Under the pieces are notes generated by a model. It did not search any database, was not told the DNA's origin, and saw only the letters and a list, made by a program, of their open reading frames with translations. This document shows positions 9,867 to 19,570 of a stretch of DNA of 64,000 bases, in pieces. Position 1 is the first letter of the stretch, and every line of letters starts with the position of its first letter. Source of the DNA: Terriglobia bacterium. GTDB lineage: Bacteria; Acidobacteriota; Terriglobia; JAJPHL01; JAPKYU01. Both the position numbers and the translations under genes were made by a program. The stretch spans positions 1,216,001 to 1,280,000 of the forward strand of contig CBDBKE010000004.1 in NCBI GenBank assembly GCA_965206645.1. Reading direction: 5' to 3'.

Positions 9867-10721
9867 TCAGCGGCGGTCGGGGTTAACTACGATTTGGCGC
9901 TCATAGCGCAAATCCACCGAGTGGATTCTCTTGAATTGCAGGCGCCACTGGCGGATGTGGGCCAGGTAGCTGCGGTAGCGGGAGAGGAAATTGGTGTTGC
10001 CCATATGCAGCAGGACGGCGTCGGAGCCGTCTCGATCGGCGACGGTGACCCGCGCGTCCTCCGGGTCACTCAGATCCACTTCGGAAATGTCCAGGCTGTG
10101 GCGGCCGCCGTCGCGGTCGAGGTCGTCGATCAGAGTCAGATAGAGGCCCATGCGCTCGCGGCGAACCTCCAGGGAGTCCTGTTCGGAGAAGCCGGTCAGG
10201 ACAGGAAACGTATAGTTGGCGCGCTCTGGTCGTTCCAGGATGACTCCAGCAGCGTCCACCATTGCCAGCCCGCTCGCTGTGCGCAGAAAGGCGACCGGGG
10301 TCCGCTCCCGAACCCCCACGCGAAGACGGTTGGGCCAGTCGCGGGCTACCGCCGCCGATTCCACCCAGGAGATTTCCTCCAGCATGGCCCGCCGGCGGGC
10401 CAGTGGCACCAGGAAGATGCTACGCCCCACGTCGCCGGCAAACTTTTCGGCCACCTGCCGGCGGGCAACGTGATTCAACCCTCTCACCTGCAGCCGGCCT
10501 TCGGAAAGTAGGAAGCGCGGATCCTGCAGGCCGAAGGTCAGCGAACGATAAGCCACGAAGGAAAGCGCTGCCAGCACCGCTCCAACAAACACAAGCTTCT
10601 TCAGCAGCGCGGCTGCGCGGCGACTCAGTATGCCGCGCCGCACCTCAATCCGCTTCTGTCGGCGCAGGTAAGAAGGCTCTTCGAGTTCCAACAGGCTGTG
10701 GTCCCGATCCTCAGTATCCAT
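9867..10721 (-). CDS. ftsQ: Cell division protein FtsQ
   Basis: TM followed by POTRA (WVESAAVARDWPNRLRVGVRERTPVA), C-terminal VDLRY; follows murC. Confidence 0.88.
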   Translation of the reverse strand: MDTEDRDHSLLELEEPSYLRRQKRIEVRRGILSRRAAALLKKLVFVGAVLAALSFVAYRSLTFGLQDPRFLLSEGRLQVRGLNHVARRQVAEKFAGDVGRSIFLVPLARRRAMLEEISWVESAAVARDWPNRLRVGVRERTPVAFLRTASGLAMVDAAGVILERPERANYTFPVLTGFSEQDSLEVRRERMGLYLTLIDDLDRDGGRHSLDISEVDLSDPEDARVTVADRDGSDAVLLHMGNTNFLSRYRSYLAHIRQWRLQFKRIHSVDLRYERQIVVNPDRR

Positions 10722-10856
10722 ATTCGGAGCAGTGCAAAGTCGCACTGCAAAGTCAAAGTTAGGAGCAGTCCACCGTCAAAGTTCAAAGCCCATCTAAGCC
10801 GTGACCTCCAGCTTCGGGCCCAAGCCCTCAGGTGTCCAACCGGGCAAGCGGTGCAC

Positions 10857-12233
10857 CTAATTTCTCCTTAATTTCTCCAGAATAGGCTCGGCCACCTGGT
10901 TCACATTGCCGGCCCCTAGCAGAATGACCGCATCCCCCTCCGTAGCCGTGCCCACGATTTTCTCCACCGCTGTGCACGTGTCCCGAACGTATTCTACCGC
11001 GCGGTGCCCCAATCGCCGGACCCTTTCCACCAGTAACTCCGCTGTCACCCCCTCGATCTCCGGCTCGCTGGCCGGATAGATGTCCAACACCCAGAGCTGG
11101 TCACTCTGGAAGAAGCAGCCGGCAAACTCCTCCAGCAGGAATTTGGTGCGGGTGTAGCGGTGCGGCTGGAACAGCACCAGGACACGGCGGAAGCCGCAGT
11201 CCCGCGCGGCGCTGAGCGTGGCGCGGATTTCCGTGGGGTGGTGCCCATAGTCATCAATCACGGTCACGCCGTTAGCCTTCCCGCGCACTTGGAAGCGGCG
11301 GTCGACACCCGCAAAGGCGGCCAGCCCTTCGGCAATCAAGGGCGGGGCGACCCCTAGTTCCAGTGCGATCAGCACAGCGGCCATGGCGTTGGAAACGTTA
11401 TGGTGGCCAGGAATATTCAGAGTGAACCGGCCCAGATCGCTTCCGCGGAATCTCAGCCGGAACTGGCTGCGGAATGGGCTGCAGCAAATCTCTTTGGCTG
11501 CCAGATTGGCTTGCTGAGTGGTGCCGTATGTGAGCAGGCGCTTGTTCAGGCGCGGCAGAACGGCCTGGATGTTGCGCTCATCCAGGGCCAGCACGACCGC
11601 GCCATAGAAAGGCACACGCTGAGCAAACTGCACATAGGCGTCCTGAATGGCGGACAGATCGGCGTAATGTTCCAGGTGCTCGCGGTCAATGTTGGTGATC
11701 ACCGCCAGGATGGGCGCCAGGTGGAGAAATGAGCCGTCGCTTTCGTCCGACTCGACCACCATGAGGTCCCCGGATCCCAGTCGGGCGTTGCTGCCGATAG
11801 CGTTGACTCGCCCGCCCGCCACCACCGTGGGGTCCAGCCCAGCGTGCTGGAGTATGGCCGCGATCATCGAGGTGGTGGTGGTCTTGCCGTGCGAGCCGGC
11901 CACGGCCACGCCGTACTTCAGGCGCATCAGTTCCGCCAGCATCTCCCCGCGTGGGATCAGCGGGATTTGCAGCCGGCGCGCTTCCAGGACTTCCGCGTTG
12001 CTGGGCGGCACGGCCGAGCTTGTGACCACCAGGTCGGCGCCGTGCACCTGCTCGGCGCGGTGCCCCTCGAACACGCGCGCGCCCAGCTTCTCCAGGCGGT
12101 CGGTAACCCCCGACCGCCGCAGGTCAGAGCCGCTGATCCGGTAAGGTCCCAGCGACAATAGAATTTCGGCGATGCCGCTCATGCCGATCCCGCCGATCCC
12201 GATGAAGTGAATCCGTTGCGCCTTAAGGAACAT
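10857..12233 (-). CDS. murC: UDP-N-acetylmuramate--L-alanine ligase
   Basis: HFIGIGGIGMSG, GSHGKTTT, ESDESDGSF, DDYGHHPTE, FQPHRYTR. Confidence 0.97.
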   Translation of the reverse strand: MFLKAQRIHFIGIGGIGMSGIAEILLSLGPYRISGSDLRRSGVTDRLEKLGARVFEGHRAEQVHGADLVVTSSAVPPSNAEVLEARRLQIPLIPRGEMLAELMRLKYGVAVAGSHGKTTTTSMIAAILQHAGLDPTVVAGGRVNAIGSNARLGSGDLMVVESDESDGSFLHLAPILAVITNIDREHLEHYADLSAIQDAYVQFAQRVPFYGAVVLALDERNIQAVLPRLNKRLLTYGTTQQANLAAKEICCSPFRSQFRLRFRGSDLGRFTLNIPGHHNVSNAMAAVLIALELGVAPPLIAEGLAAFAGVDRRFQVRGKANGVTVIDDYGHHPTEIRATLSAARDCGFRRVLVLFQPHRYTRTKFLLEEFAGCFFQSDQLWVLDIYPASEPEIEGVTAELLVERVRRLGHRAVEYVRDTCTAVEKIVGTATEGDAVILLGAGNVNQVAEPILEKLRRN

Positions 12234-13344
12234 GCAAGGCTACCCTTTCCAACACGTCCACGGTTCTAGCCGCGGCGCCCGGTTGACCTCGCGCGCGCGA
12301 ATTTTGTTCCATCTCGCCCAGGCGGGGCATCAGCTCGCACACATGGGCAAATAACCGTTGCCCGTCGAGTTCTCTGTCTGGCAGAACACGGGCCGCGCCA
12401 CTCCGCTCCAGCGCCCGCGCATTCTGCAGTTGGTGGTCGTCTGCGGCGAAGGGGAAAGGAACCAGGATGGCCGCCTTGCCCGCGGCGGTGATCTCGGCCA
12501 CGGTGCTCGCGCCGGCGCGACACACCAGCAAATCGGCGCGAGCAAACGCGGCAGGCATGTCCTCAACAAACGGCAAAACCTCTGCCTGACAGGCCAGCCC
12601 GTTCCGGGCGAAGGACGCTTGGACATCGGGATAGTCCTTCTCACCGGTCTGGTGGATGAAAAAAAGAGAGCTATTTTTGCTAGAGCCCTCCAGGCCCCCA
12701 GGGACAGCAGGGGAGGCCTGTCCCCACTGAGCAAACAGCGGCAGGCTATCCATCACGGCGCGGTTGATGCGGTGCGCGCCCTGGCTGCCCCCGAAGATCA
12801 GGATGGTGAATGGCGGCTGGTGGGTTTTCGGCGGCACGCCGAAGAACTCGGCCCGCACCGGCACCCCTACGATTTCCACACGACTGGCGGGGAAGAAGCG
12901 CTGAGTTTCGACGAACGTTACCAGTGCCCGCGAGACAAACGGCGCAATGGCCCGGTTGGCAAGGCCGGGCACAGCGTTGGGTTCGTGTATCACCACGGGG
13001 ATGTTCCTCATCGCCGCCATCAGCAAGACCGGCCCGGAGGCATAACCGCCAAGACCGTAAGCCACCTGAGGCTGAAAGGCATCCAGGACGCGTCCTGCCT
13101 GCCAAAAGCTGTAGGGTAGGCGAAGCAGCGTGGTAGCGGCCTTCCCAGCACCGACCCTGTTCAGAGCACCCACCTCAATCGTTTCCAGGGGAAGGCCGTA
13201 GCGGGCAGCTAGGCGCGCTTCCAGCCCGCCTCGGGTGCCCACCAGCAGCGGGACCTCGTGTCCGCGCCGCCGTAGCTCGCCCGCCACCGCCAGCGCCGGA
13301 ACCAAGTGGCCCCCGGTGCCTCCCCCTGCGATGATCACCCGCAT
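12223..13344 (-). CDS. murG: Undecaprenyl-PP-MurNAc-pentapeptide GlcNAc transferase
   Basis: GGGTGGH, GGYAS, HEPN, GGSQGA, RAGASTVAE, HQLQNA. Confidence 0.97.
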   Translation of the reverse strand: MRVIIAGGGTGGHLVPALAVAGELRRRGHEVPLLVGTRGGLEARLAARYGLPLETIEVGALNRVGAGKAATTLLRLPYSFWQAGRVLDAFQPQVAYGLGGYASGPVLLMAAMRNIPVVIHEPNAVPGLANRAIAPFVSRALVTFVETQRFFPASRVEIVGVPVRAEFFGVPPKTHQPPFTILIFGGSQGAHRINRAVMDSLPLFAQWGQASPAVPGGLEGSSKNSSLFFIHQTGEKDYPDVQASFARNGLACQAEVLPFVEDMPAAFARADLLVCRAGASTVAEITAAGKAAILVPFPFAADDHQLQNARALERSGAARVLPDRELDGQRLFAHVCELMPRLGEMEQNSRARGQPGAAARTVDVLERVALHVP

Positions 13345-13393
13345 CTAAGTCCAGCCCCGTAGCGCCCCGCTTCTTCTGAATTCCACGCGGCAT

Positions 13394-14485
13394 TCATTCG
13401 GTGTGCTGCGTCACGTTCAGCAGCAGGCCTATGGAAAGCAGGCTGAACAGCAGCGAGCTGCCCCCGTAGGAAATGAACGGGAGCGGGATGCCTTTGGTGG
13501 GCATCATGCCCAACACCATACTGATGTTGACCAGTGCCTGGCCCACGATCATGATGGTGAGGCCGGCGGCCAGGTAGCGCCCGAACAGATCCGGGGCGCG
13601 CAGCGAAGCCCGCAGCCCGCGCCAAAGCAGCACGCCAAAGCCAGCGACCAGGGCGAGCGCCCCCAGCAGACCCAGTTCCTCGGCGGCCACGGCGAAGATA
13701 AAGTCTGTGTGGGGGGCCGGCAGGTAAAACAGCTTCTGGCGTCCTTCCATCAAGCCCAGGCCGGTCAAGCCGCCAGTGCCCACGGCAATCAGCGACTGAA
13801 TCACCTGGAAGCCCTTGCCCTGCGGGTCGGCGTAGGGGTCCAGGAAGCCCGCGATGCGGTTCTGGCGGTAGGGCACGCGCCAGATTAGCAGGTAGAAGGC
13901 GGGGATAGCCGCCAGGGCCAAGGCAGCAAAGTAACGGAGGCGCAAGCCAGCCAGGAAGAACAGGCCGCTGGCAGTGAGCAGGATGGCGACTGCAGTTCCC
14001 AGGTCCGGTTCCTTCAAGATGAGCACCACAGCTGCGCCCACTACCAGGCCGGCTGGCAGCAGCGTATATAGCAGGTCGTTCACCGACGGACTGCGTCGCT
14101 CCAAAAGCCAGGCCAGAAACAGCACCAGTACGGGTTTGGACAGCTCCGACGGCTGGAAGGAAAACGCGCCCCAGCGGAACCACCGGTGCGTGCTGTGCGA
14201 GCTGTCAAACAGCAGCACGACAACTAGCAACGCCAGCGTCACCGCGAGGGAAAAGAAGATGAAGGCCGGGTGGCGGTAGTAGCGGTAGTCGATGCGCATC
14301 ACCGCCAACATGGCGACCAGGCCGACGGCGGCCCAGGCCAGTTGCCGCGCCAGAAACATGTAGGCGTTGCCAAACCGGTCATTCGAGAGCACGGCCGAAG
14401 CGCTGAACACCATCACCAGCCCAAACACCACCAGAGCCAGCGTGGTGACGAACAGAATGCGGTCGGACTGAAGGCGCTTCGCCAT
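13394..14485 (-). CDS. ftsW: Peptidoglycan glycosyltransferase FtsW
   Basis: FQPSE, EPDLG, HTDFIF, EELG, PFISYGGSS; dcw position. Confidence 0.96.
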   Translation of the reverse strand: MAKRLQSDRILFVTTLALVVFGLVMVFSASAVLSNDRFGNAYMFLARQLAWAAVGLVAMLAVMRIDYRYYRHPAFIFFSLAVTLALLVVVLLFDSSHSTHRWFRWGAFSFQPSELSKPVLVLFLAWLLERRSPSVNDLLYTLLPAGLVVGAAVVLILKEPDLGTAVAILLTASGLFFLAGLRLRYFAALALAAIPAFYLLIWRVPYRQNRIAGFLDPYADPQGKGFQVIQSLIAVGTGGLTGLGLMEGRQKLFYLPAPHTDFIFAVAAEELGLLGALALVAGFGVLLWRGLRASLRAPDLFGRYLAAGLTIMIVGQALVNISMVLGMMPTKGIPLPFISYGGSSLLFSLLSIGLLLNVTQHTE

Positions 14486-14492
14486 CTTTATC

Positions 14493-14542
14493 TAGGGCCT
14501 CGCTCCTACCAGGCGGTGAAGACCTGCAGGTCCGTCGCCACC
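14493..14542. repeat. REP-like palindromic elements between murD and ftsW
   Basis: Minus strand GGTGGCGACGGACCTGCAGGTCTTCACCGCC hairpin followed by GTAGGAGCGAGGCCC. Confidence 0.45.
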
Positions 14543-14561
14543 CAAAAACCGCCGAGTCATT

Positions 14562-16010
14562 TCAAGACCTCCGGGGCGCGCTGGCGGGCTGTTCAGCCAA
14601 TTTCTCTACCAGCTGTTTGAACACCCGGCCGCGGTGCTCGTAGTTTTCAAATTGGTCGAAGCTGGCGCAGGCCGGCGCCAACAACACTACGTCGCGGGGC
14701 CGGGCACGCCGTGCGGCTTCCGGCACCGCAACCTCCATGGTGCCGGCGCGCACCACTGGGACAGCTTCCCCGAGCTGGAACGCGATTTTATCGGCGGCGC
14801 TACCAATCAGCAGCGCGCATCGCGCCTTCTGTGCCAGTAGCGGCTGCAAGAGCGTGTAGTCGCTTCCCTTATCCAGGCCGCCCAGGATCACCCATAATCG
14901 TCCCGGGAAGGCCTCCAGGGCCTTGATGGTGGCATCCACGTTGGTGGCTTTCGAATCATTGTAAAACTCAACGCCGTTAACGGTGGCTACGTATTCCAGA
15001 CGGTGTTCGACGGCGCGGAATGCGCGCACTCCGGCGCGAATCATCCGAGGATCCGCGCCAAGCAGTGTCGCCGCACAGACCGCGGCCAGGACGTTCTCCA
15101 CGTTGTGAGCGCCCTTCAGCGGAATCTCCTCCACCCCAAACAGAGTGTAGGACGGTGCTGGAGGGGCATCCTTCCCTTCCGTTTCACTTTGGGGATGCAC
15201 TGACCTCCCCGGAGGGGAAACACCGCTTGCCCCACTGAACACGATGTCGCCATCCTCAACGAAAGCGCCCGCCTCCACCGTATGAGTTCGGCTGAACCAG
15301 CTCACCCGGGCACGGGTCCGCGCAGCATAGCTCCGACAGCAGGCGTTATCGGCGTTCAGAACCGCGAAATCTTCCTCGGTTTGGTTGAGGAAAATGCGAG
15401 CCTTGGCTTCAGCGTAACTCTCGAACGAGCAGTGGCGGTCCAGGTGGTCCGGGGTCACGTTTAAGACCACAGAAAGCGCAGGGCGAAACTGATCTATCGT
15501 CTCCAGCTGGAAGCTGGACACCTCGACCACGTGGACGCTCTCCGGCCGGGAGGTTTCCACCAGCGAACTCAGCGGTCGGCCGATGTTGCCACCCACTTGG
15601 ACGGTGAAGCCCGCAGTCTCCAGGATGTTGCCCAGCAGTGTCGTGGTCGTTGTTTTCCCATTGGAGCCGGTGATCGCAACCATTCGCCCCTGAAGAAAGC
15701 GAGATGCCAACTCCATTTCGCCAATCACAGGCATTCCGGTGGCCCGTGCCTCCGCGAGCTCAGCCAGCTCGGTGGAGACACCGGGGCTCACCACCACCAG
15801 ATCCTGTTCCAGGAAGATCCGCTTGCTGTGTCCGCCGGTCTCCAACTTCACGCCAAGTTCGTGTGCCAACTGCCGAGCTTCGGGCAGCTCCTCCGCTGGC
15901 CGCCGGTCAGAGAGAGTCACATGGGCCCCGCGAGTCAGCAGGAAGCGCGCAGCGGCAACTCCACTAAGCGCGGCTCCAACGACCAACACCCGCCGCCCTG
16001 CGATTTGCAC
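14562..16010 (-). CDS. murD: UDP-MurNAc-L-Ala--D-glutamate ligase
   Basis: SPG, TGSNGKTTT, EVSSFQL, DHLDRH, NDSKATN, PACASFDQF. Confidence 0.97.
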   Translation of the reverse strand: MQIAGRRVLVVGAALSGVAAARFLLTRGAHVTLSDRRPAEELPEARQLAHELGVKLETGGHSKRIFLEQDLVVVSPGVSTELAELAEARATGMPVIGEMELASRFLQGRMVAITGSNGKTTTTTLLGNILETAGFTVQVGGNIGRPLSSLVETSRPESVHVVEVSSFQLETIDQFRPALSVVLNVTPDHLDRHCSFESYAEAKARIFLNQTEEDFAVLNADNACCRSYAARTRARVSWFSRTHTVEAGAFVEDGDIVFSGASGVSPPGRSVHPQSETEGKDAPPAPSYTLFGVEEIPLKGAHNVENVLAAVCAATLLGADPRMIRAGVRAFRAVEHRLEYVATVNGVEFYNDSKATNVDATIKALEAFPGRLWVILGGLDKGSDYTLLQPLLAQKARCALLIGSAADKIAFQLGEAVPVVRAGTMEVAVPEAARRARPRDVVLLAPACASFDQFENYEHRGRVFKQLVEKLAEQPASAPRRS

Positions 16011-16012
16011 GG

Positions 16013-17146
16013 TTACCTCAGCTTCAACGTGGTGAGAGCAAACAAGGCCAGCAACAGGCCTGTGATCCAGAAACGAATGATGATCTTGGACTCCCGCCAG
16101 CCGATCAGCTCGAAGTGGTGATGCAGCGGCGCCATCTTGAAGATTCGCTTCCCGCGCAACTTGTAGGAGCCCACCTGAAGGATCACCGAGAGTGCCTCGA
16201 CCACGAACACGCCGCCAATCAGCGGCAACAACAGTTCCTGCTTAATGATGACGGCGATGGTACCGATGGCTCCACCCAGCGCCAGCGAGCCCACGTCGCC
16301 CATGAAAATCTCTGCCGGGTGGGCGTTGTACCAGAGAAAGCCCAGGCAGGCGCCGCCCAGCGCCGCGCAGAAAATGGTGATCTCGGCCACGCCCGGCAAG
16401 AAATCGATCTCCAGGTAGCGGGCGAAGACCGCGTGCCCGGTCAGATAGGCCAGCGCGGTCAGTGCCCCGGCGGCGATGATGGTTAGCCCTACCGCCAGGC
16501 CGTCCAGCCCGTCGGTCAGGTTCACGGCATTGCTGGACCCCACAATGACCAGCACCACAAAGAGGGCAAAAAAGGAAACCGCCAACGGGTAGGTGTAATA
16601 GTTGGCAAGCAAGCTGTGAATCAACAGGTCGGGCCGGAGGTTCTTGAAAAACGGAACCATCAAGTGTGTGGAGTATTGCCCCTTGGCCGTCAGCACTAGC
16701 AAGAACACAGCCACCAGGAGGCTGGCGAGCACCTGGAGGGAGAACTTGGTCCGTGCCATCAGACCCTTGTTCTGGCGCCCGCGAATCTTCAGGTAATCAT
16801 CGAGAAACCCGATCAGGCCGAAGCTCGCCACCGAGAACATCACGATCCAGACGTAGACGTTACTGAGGTCGGACCAGAGCAGCGTGGGCACCAGACAGGA
16901 GATGAGAATCAGTACGCCGCCCATCGTGGGCGTGCCGGCCTTGAGTTGGTGTCCATGCGGGCCATCCTCGCGGATGAACTGGCCGATCTGGAACTCGCGG
17001 AGCCGGCGGATCAGCCACGGGCCCAGAATGATGCACAGCAGCAGGGCGGTGACGCCGGCGAAGGCGGTCCGCAACGTCACGTAGCGGAAGACACGGAAGG
17101 GCGAGAAGTGTTCGTACAGGACTTGATAGAGGAGCCAGTAGAGCAT
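16013..17146 (-). CDS. mraY: Phospho-N-acetylmuramoyl-pentapeptide transferase
   Basis: KAGTPTMGG, DDYLK, NAVNLTDGLDGL, FMGDVG, MAPLHHHFE. Confidence 0.98.
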   Translation of the reverse strand: MLYWLLYQVLYEHFSPFRVFRYVTLRTAFAGVTALLLCIILGPWLIRRLREFQIGQFIREDGPHGHQLKAGTPTMGGVLILISCLVPTLLWSDLSNVYVWIVMFSVASFGLIGFLDDYLKIRGRQNKGLMARTKFSLQVLASLLVAVFLLVLTAKGQYSTHLMVPFFKNLRPDLLIHSLLANYYTYPLAVSFFALFVVLVIVGSSNAVNLTDGLDGLAVGLTIIAAGALTALAYLTGHAVFARYLEIDFLPGVAEITIFCAALGGACLGFLWYNAHPAEIFMGDVGSLALGGAIGTIAVIIKQELLLPLIGGVFVVEALSVILQVGSYKLRGKRIFKMAPLHHHFELIGWRESKIIIRFWITGLLLALFALTTLKLR

Positions 17147-17244
17147 TTCCGCAGCTATGAGTGAAGGCTGAAGAGCCCGGGGCCGAGGGGTTTGAGGATG
17201 GATCGTCGGTCGGACCGCTCATTCACTTATTCACCCATCATTCA

Positions 17245-18624
17245 TCAGTTCGGCATCAGTTTGGACAGCGCGTCCTCCAGTCTGACCCCGCGGGAGCCTT
17301 TGAACAACACCAGATCGCCAGGTTGAACCAGAGAAGCCACGTAGTCCCCAGCCTCGGCGGCCGATCCGAAGAAGGCCAGCCGGCCGCGGGCCAGGCCAGC
17401 GTCGGCAGCGCCTTCCACAAGGAAACGGGCATGGCCGCGGACGCCGACGACGTGGTCGGCGGCAGCCGCGGCCCGTCGACCGGCCTGCCGGTGCAGTTCG
17501 TCCGATGCCGGGCCCAGCTCCAGCATCTCACCCAGAACCGCGATGCGTCGCCCGCGCGCCGGCGCGCGGGCCAGTGTCTCCAGCATCAACTCCAGCGCCC
17601 GCGGGTTAGAGTTGTAGCAATCGTTGAGGATGACGACGCCGTTGACTTCCAACAAATCCCCGCGCATTTTCAGCGGCCGGAAAGCCATGAGTGCCGAAGC
17701 AGCGCGGTCGGGCGCGATGCCGAGGCTGTGCGCGGTGGCGACTGCGGCCAGCGAGTTCAACACCTGATGGCGCCCGAGCAGCGGCAGCGCCACCTCCAGC
17801 GGGTCACCGGCCCACTCCAGGCGGAAGCGAACACCGGGCCGACCGCCCTGGGTTGAGCCGGTGATGTCGCGGGCGCGAAAATCGGCTGTCTGCTCGATTC
17901 CAAACGAGATGGTCTGGCCTGCGAACTGCTGCCCAAACCGGGCGACCAACGGATCATCGGCGTTGAGCACCGCCGTCCCGTTGGCCGGAAGGGCGCAGAT
18001 GAGTTCCTGTTTGGCGCGGGCGATTTCTTCAATGTCGGAGAAAAACTCCAGGTGCACCTCGCTGACGCAGGTGACTACGCCCGTTTCCGGGCGGGCGATC
18101 TGCGCCAAGTGTGCAATTTCTCCGGCGTGCGACATCGCCAGCTCAAACACGCCCACCTGGTCGCTTTCTTTAAGGCACAGCAAGGAGAGTGGCAACCCAT
18201 ATTGGTTGTTCAGGTTGCCCTCACTTTTACGCACGCGGTAGCTGGTGGCCAGCGTGGCGGCGATCATCTCCTTGGTACTGGTCTTGCCAGCGCTGCCGGT
18301 GACAGCTACCACCGGCCGCCCCCACCTCCGGCGCGCTTCGGCGGCCAGGGTCTCGAGCGCCCGCTGCGTGCTCGGGACGCGCAGCACTCTGGCCGCATCC
18401 ACCGTTCCCCCTTGCAAGTCCCGTTCCACAACGGCAGCCGTGGCCCCCGCCTTGAGAATGGCCCCGACAAAATCGTGCCCGGCGTAGTGCGGGCCTCGGA
18501 GGGCAAAGAACAGTTCCCCGGCCTGGATGGTGCGGGAATCAATCGAATAGCCCCTCACCGTGGCCTCGGCCACCGGGCCGGGGACGGCCAGAATCTCAGC
18601 GATTTGGGCCAGAGTCAGGTTCAC
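17245..18624 (-). CDS. murF: UDP-MurNAc-tripeptide--D-Ala-D-Ala ligase
   Basis: IDSR, TGSAGKTSTKE, NDCYNSNP, LGEMLELG, KGSRG. Confidence 0.96.
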   Translation of the reverse strand: MNLTLAQIAEILAVPGPVAEATVRGYSIDSRTIQAGELFFALRGPHYAGHDFVGAILKAGATAAVVERDLQGGTVDAARVLRVPSTQRALETLAAEARRRWGRPVVAVTGSAGKTSTKEMIAATLATSYRVRKSEGNLNNQYGLPLSLLCLKESDQVGVFELAMSHAGEIAHLAQIARPETGVVTCVSEVHLEFFSDIEEIARAKQELICALPANGTAVLNADDPLVARFGQQFAGQTISFGIEQTADFRARDITGSTQGGRPGVRFRLEWAGDPLEVALPLLGRHQVLNSLAAVATAHSLGIAPDRAASALMAFRPLKMRGDLLEVNGVVILNDCYNSNPRALELMLETLARAPARGRRIAVLGEMLELGPASDELHRQAGRRAAAAADHVVGVRGHARFLVEGAADAGLARGRLAFFGSAAEAGDYVASLVQPGDLVLFKGSRGVRLEDALSKLMPN

Positions 18625-18783
18625 CGGGCTTCACCTGCGAAGAGAAAGGACCCGCAAGAGCTCCCCTCTAAGAAGTTTACAGGAAGAAGCTTCCCGGCAC
18701 CAACCTACGTGGGAACCGGGCAGTGGATCAGTTTGAGGCCACGGAGGGGAACTGCGTAGCGCGCGATAACACCTGGAAGTACG

Positions 18784-19494
18784 TCACCGTTCCACCCGGC
18801 CACGATTCCAGATGTCCTCGTAAGTTTGCAGTACAGCGCCAAAGGCATCTGTGATTTGCGTAAGGGTTGTTGGAGCCGTCTTCGCGCCGTCTTTGAACGA
18901 CGCACCTGACTGATAGCACGAAGCCCTATCTACAAAGATATAGCGATCGTGGAAGTCGGGTGCTGAACGAACTTCCACACTCGTGCCCGTCTGTCGAGCA
19001 AATGCATCCACGGCGGTCAACAGGCTAGGCAATTTCTCACGTGCAAGTAGGCGGATGATTACTCCAGCCGTAACGTGAGGGAAATACCGAGAAACAAACT
19101 CAGCATCGAGATACGGATCAACGAACAGAAGATCTTGCTTCGCAAGTTCGATAATCTTCCGAATCTCGTCAAAATAGTCAAAAATCATTCCACGCGGAAC
19201 TGCGACGTTGGTTGGACCTACCGTCCGCATTCGGAGGTCGTGTCGCGCTTGATGCAGCAGTGTCATCAGGTTTCGGAAACCCGCCGACCTATGAAAAGCC
19301 AACGGGTCGTGAAGCTGAGTAAGGGACTGATGCAACAACAAAATCTTAGGCTGGTTCCAAGCCTCAATAACCGCTGATACTCGGCCGAGCCAAGCGAGAT
19401 TTTCGTCGGTCTCATGACGAATTGTTGCTCTTGGCGGCATAGTCCGAAGCAGATCTTCGATCTCGGCTAGCAGTTGTTCCTTTGTCATTGGCAT
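18784..19494 (-). CDS. Hypothetical protein with C-terminal PLD-like nuclease domain
   Basis: AKQDLLFVDPY and FHDRYIFVD..YQSGASF (HxK-type motif in HDR variant form); visibly more AT-rich than its flanks; start uncertain (19494 or 19539). Confidence 0.6.
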   Translation of the reverse strand: MPMTKEQLLAEIEDLLRTMPPRATIRHETDENLAWLGRVSAVIEAWNQPKILLLHQSLTQLHDPLAFHRSAGFRNLMTLLHQARHDLRMRTVGPTNVAVPRGMIFDYFDEIRKIIELAKQDLLFVDPYLDAEFVSRYFPHVTAGVIIRLLAREKLPSLLTAVDAFARQTGTSVEVRSAPDFHDRYIFVDRASCYQSGASFKDGAKTAPTTLTQITDAFGAVLQTYEDIWNRGRVER

Positions 19495-19570
19495 TGCGTG
19501 TACACCGGGAAGTACCGCCGCATCTAACTCTATGTTCATGTGATGCTGATAAGAACCCTTCCTGGTCGGC

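Noticed and set aside
10730-10790. CAAAGT-type short repeats upstream of ftsQ, and ATTCAC repeats near 17220
   Set aside because: Irregular low-complexity intergenic repeats with no supportable function
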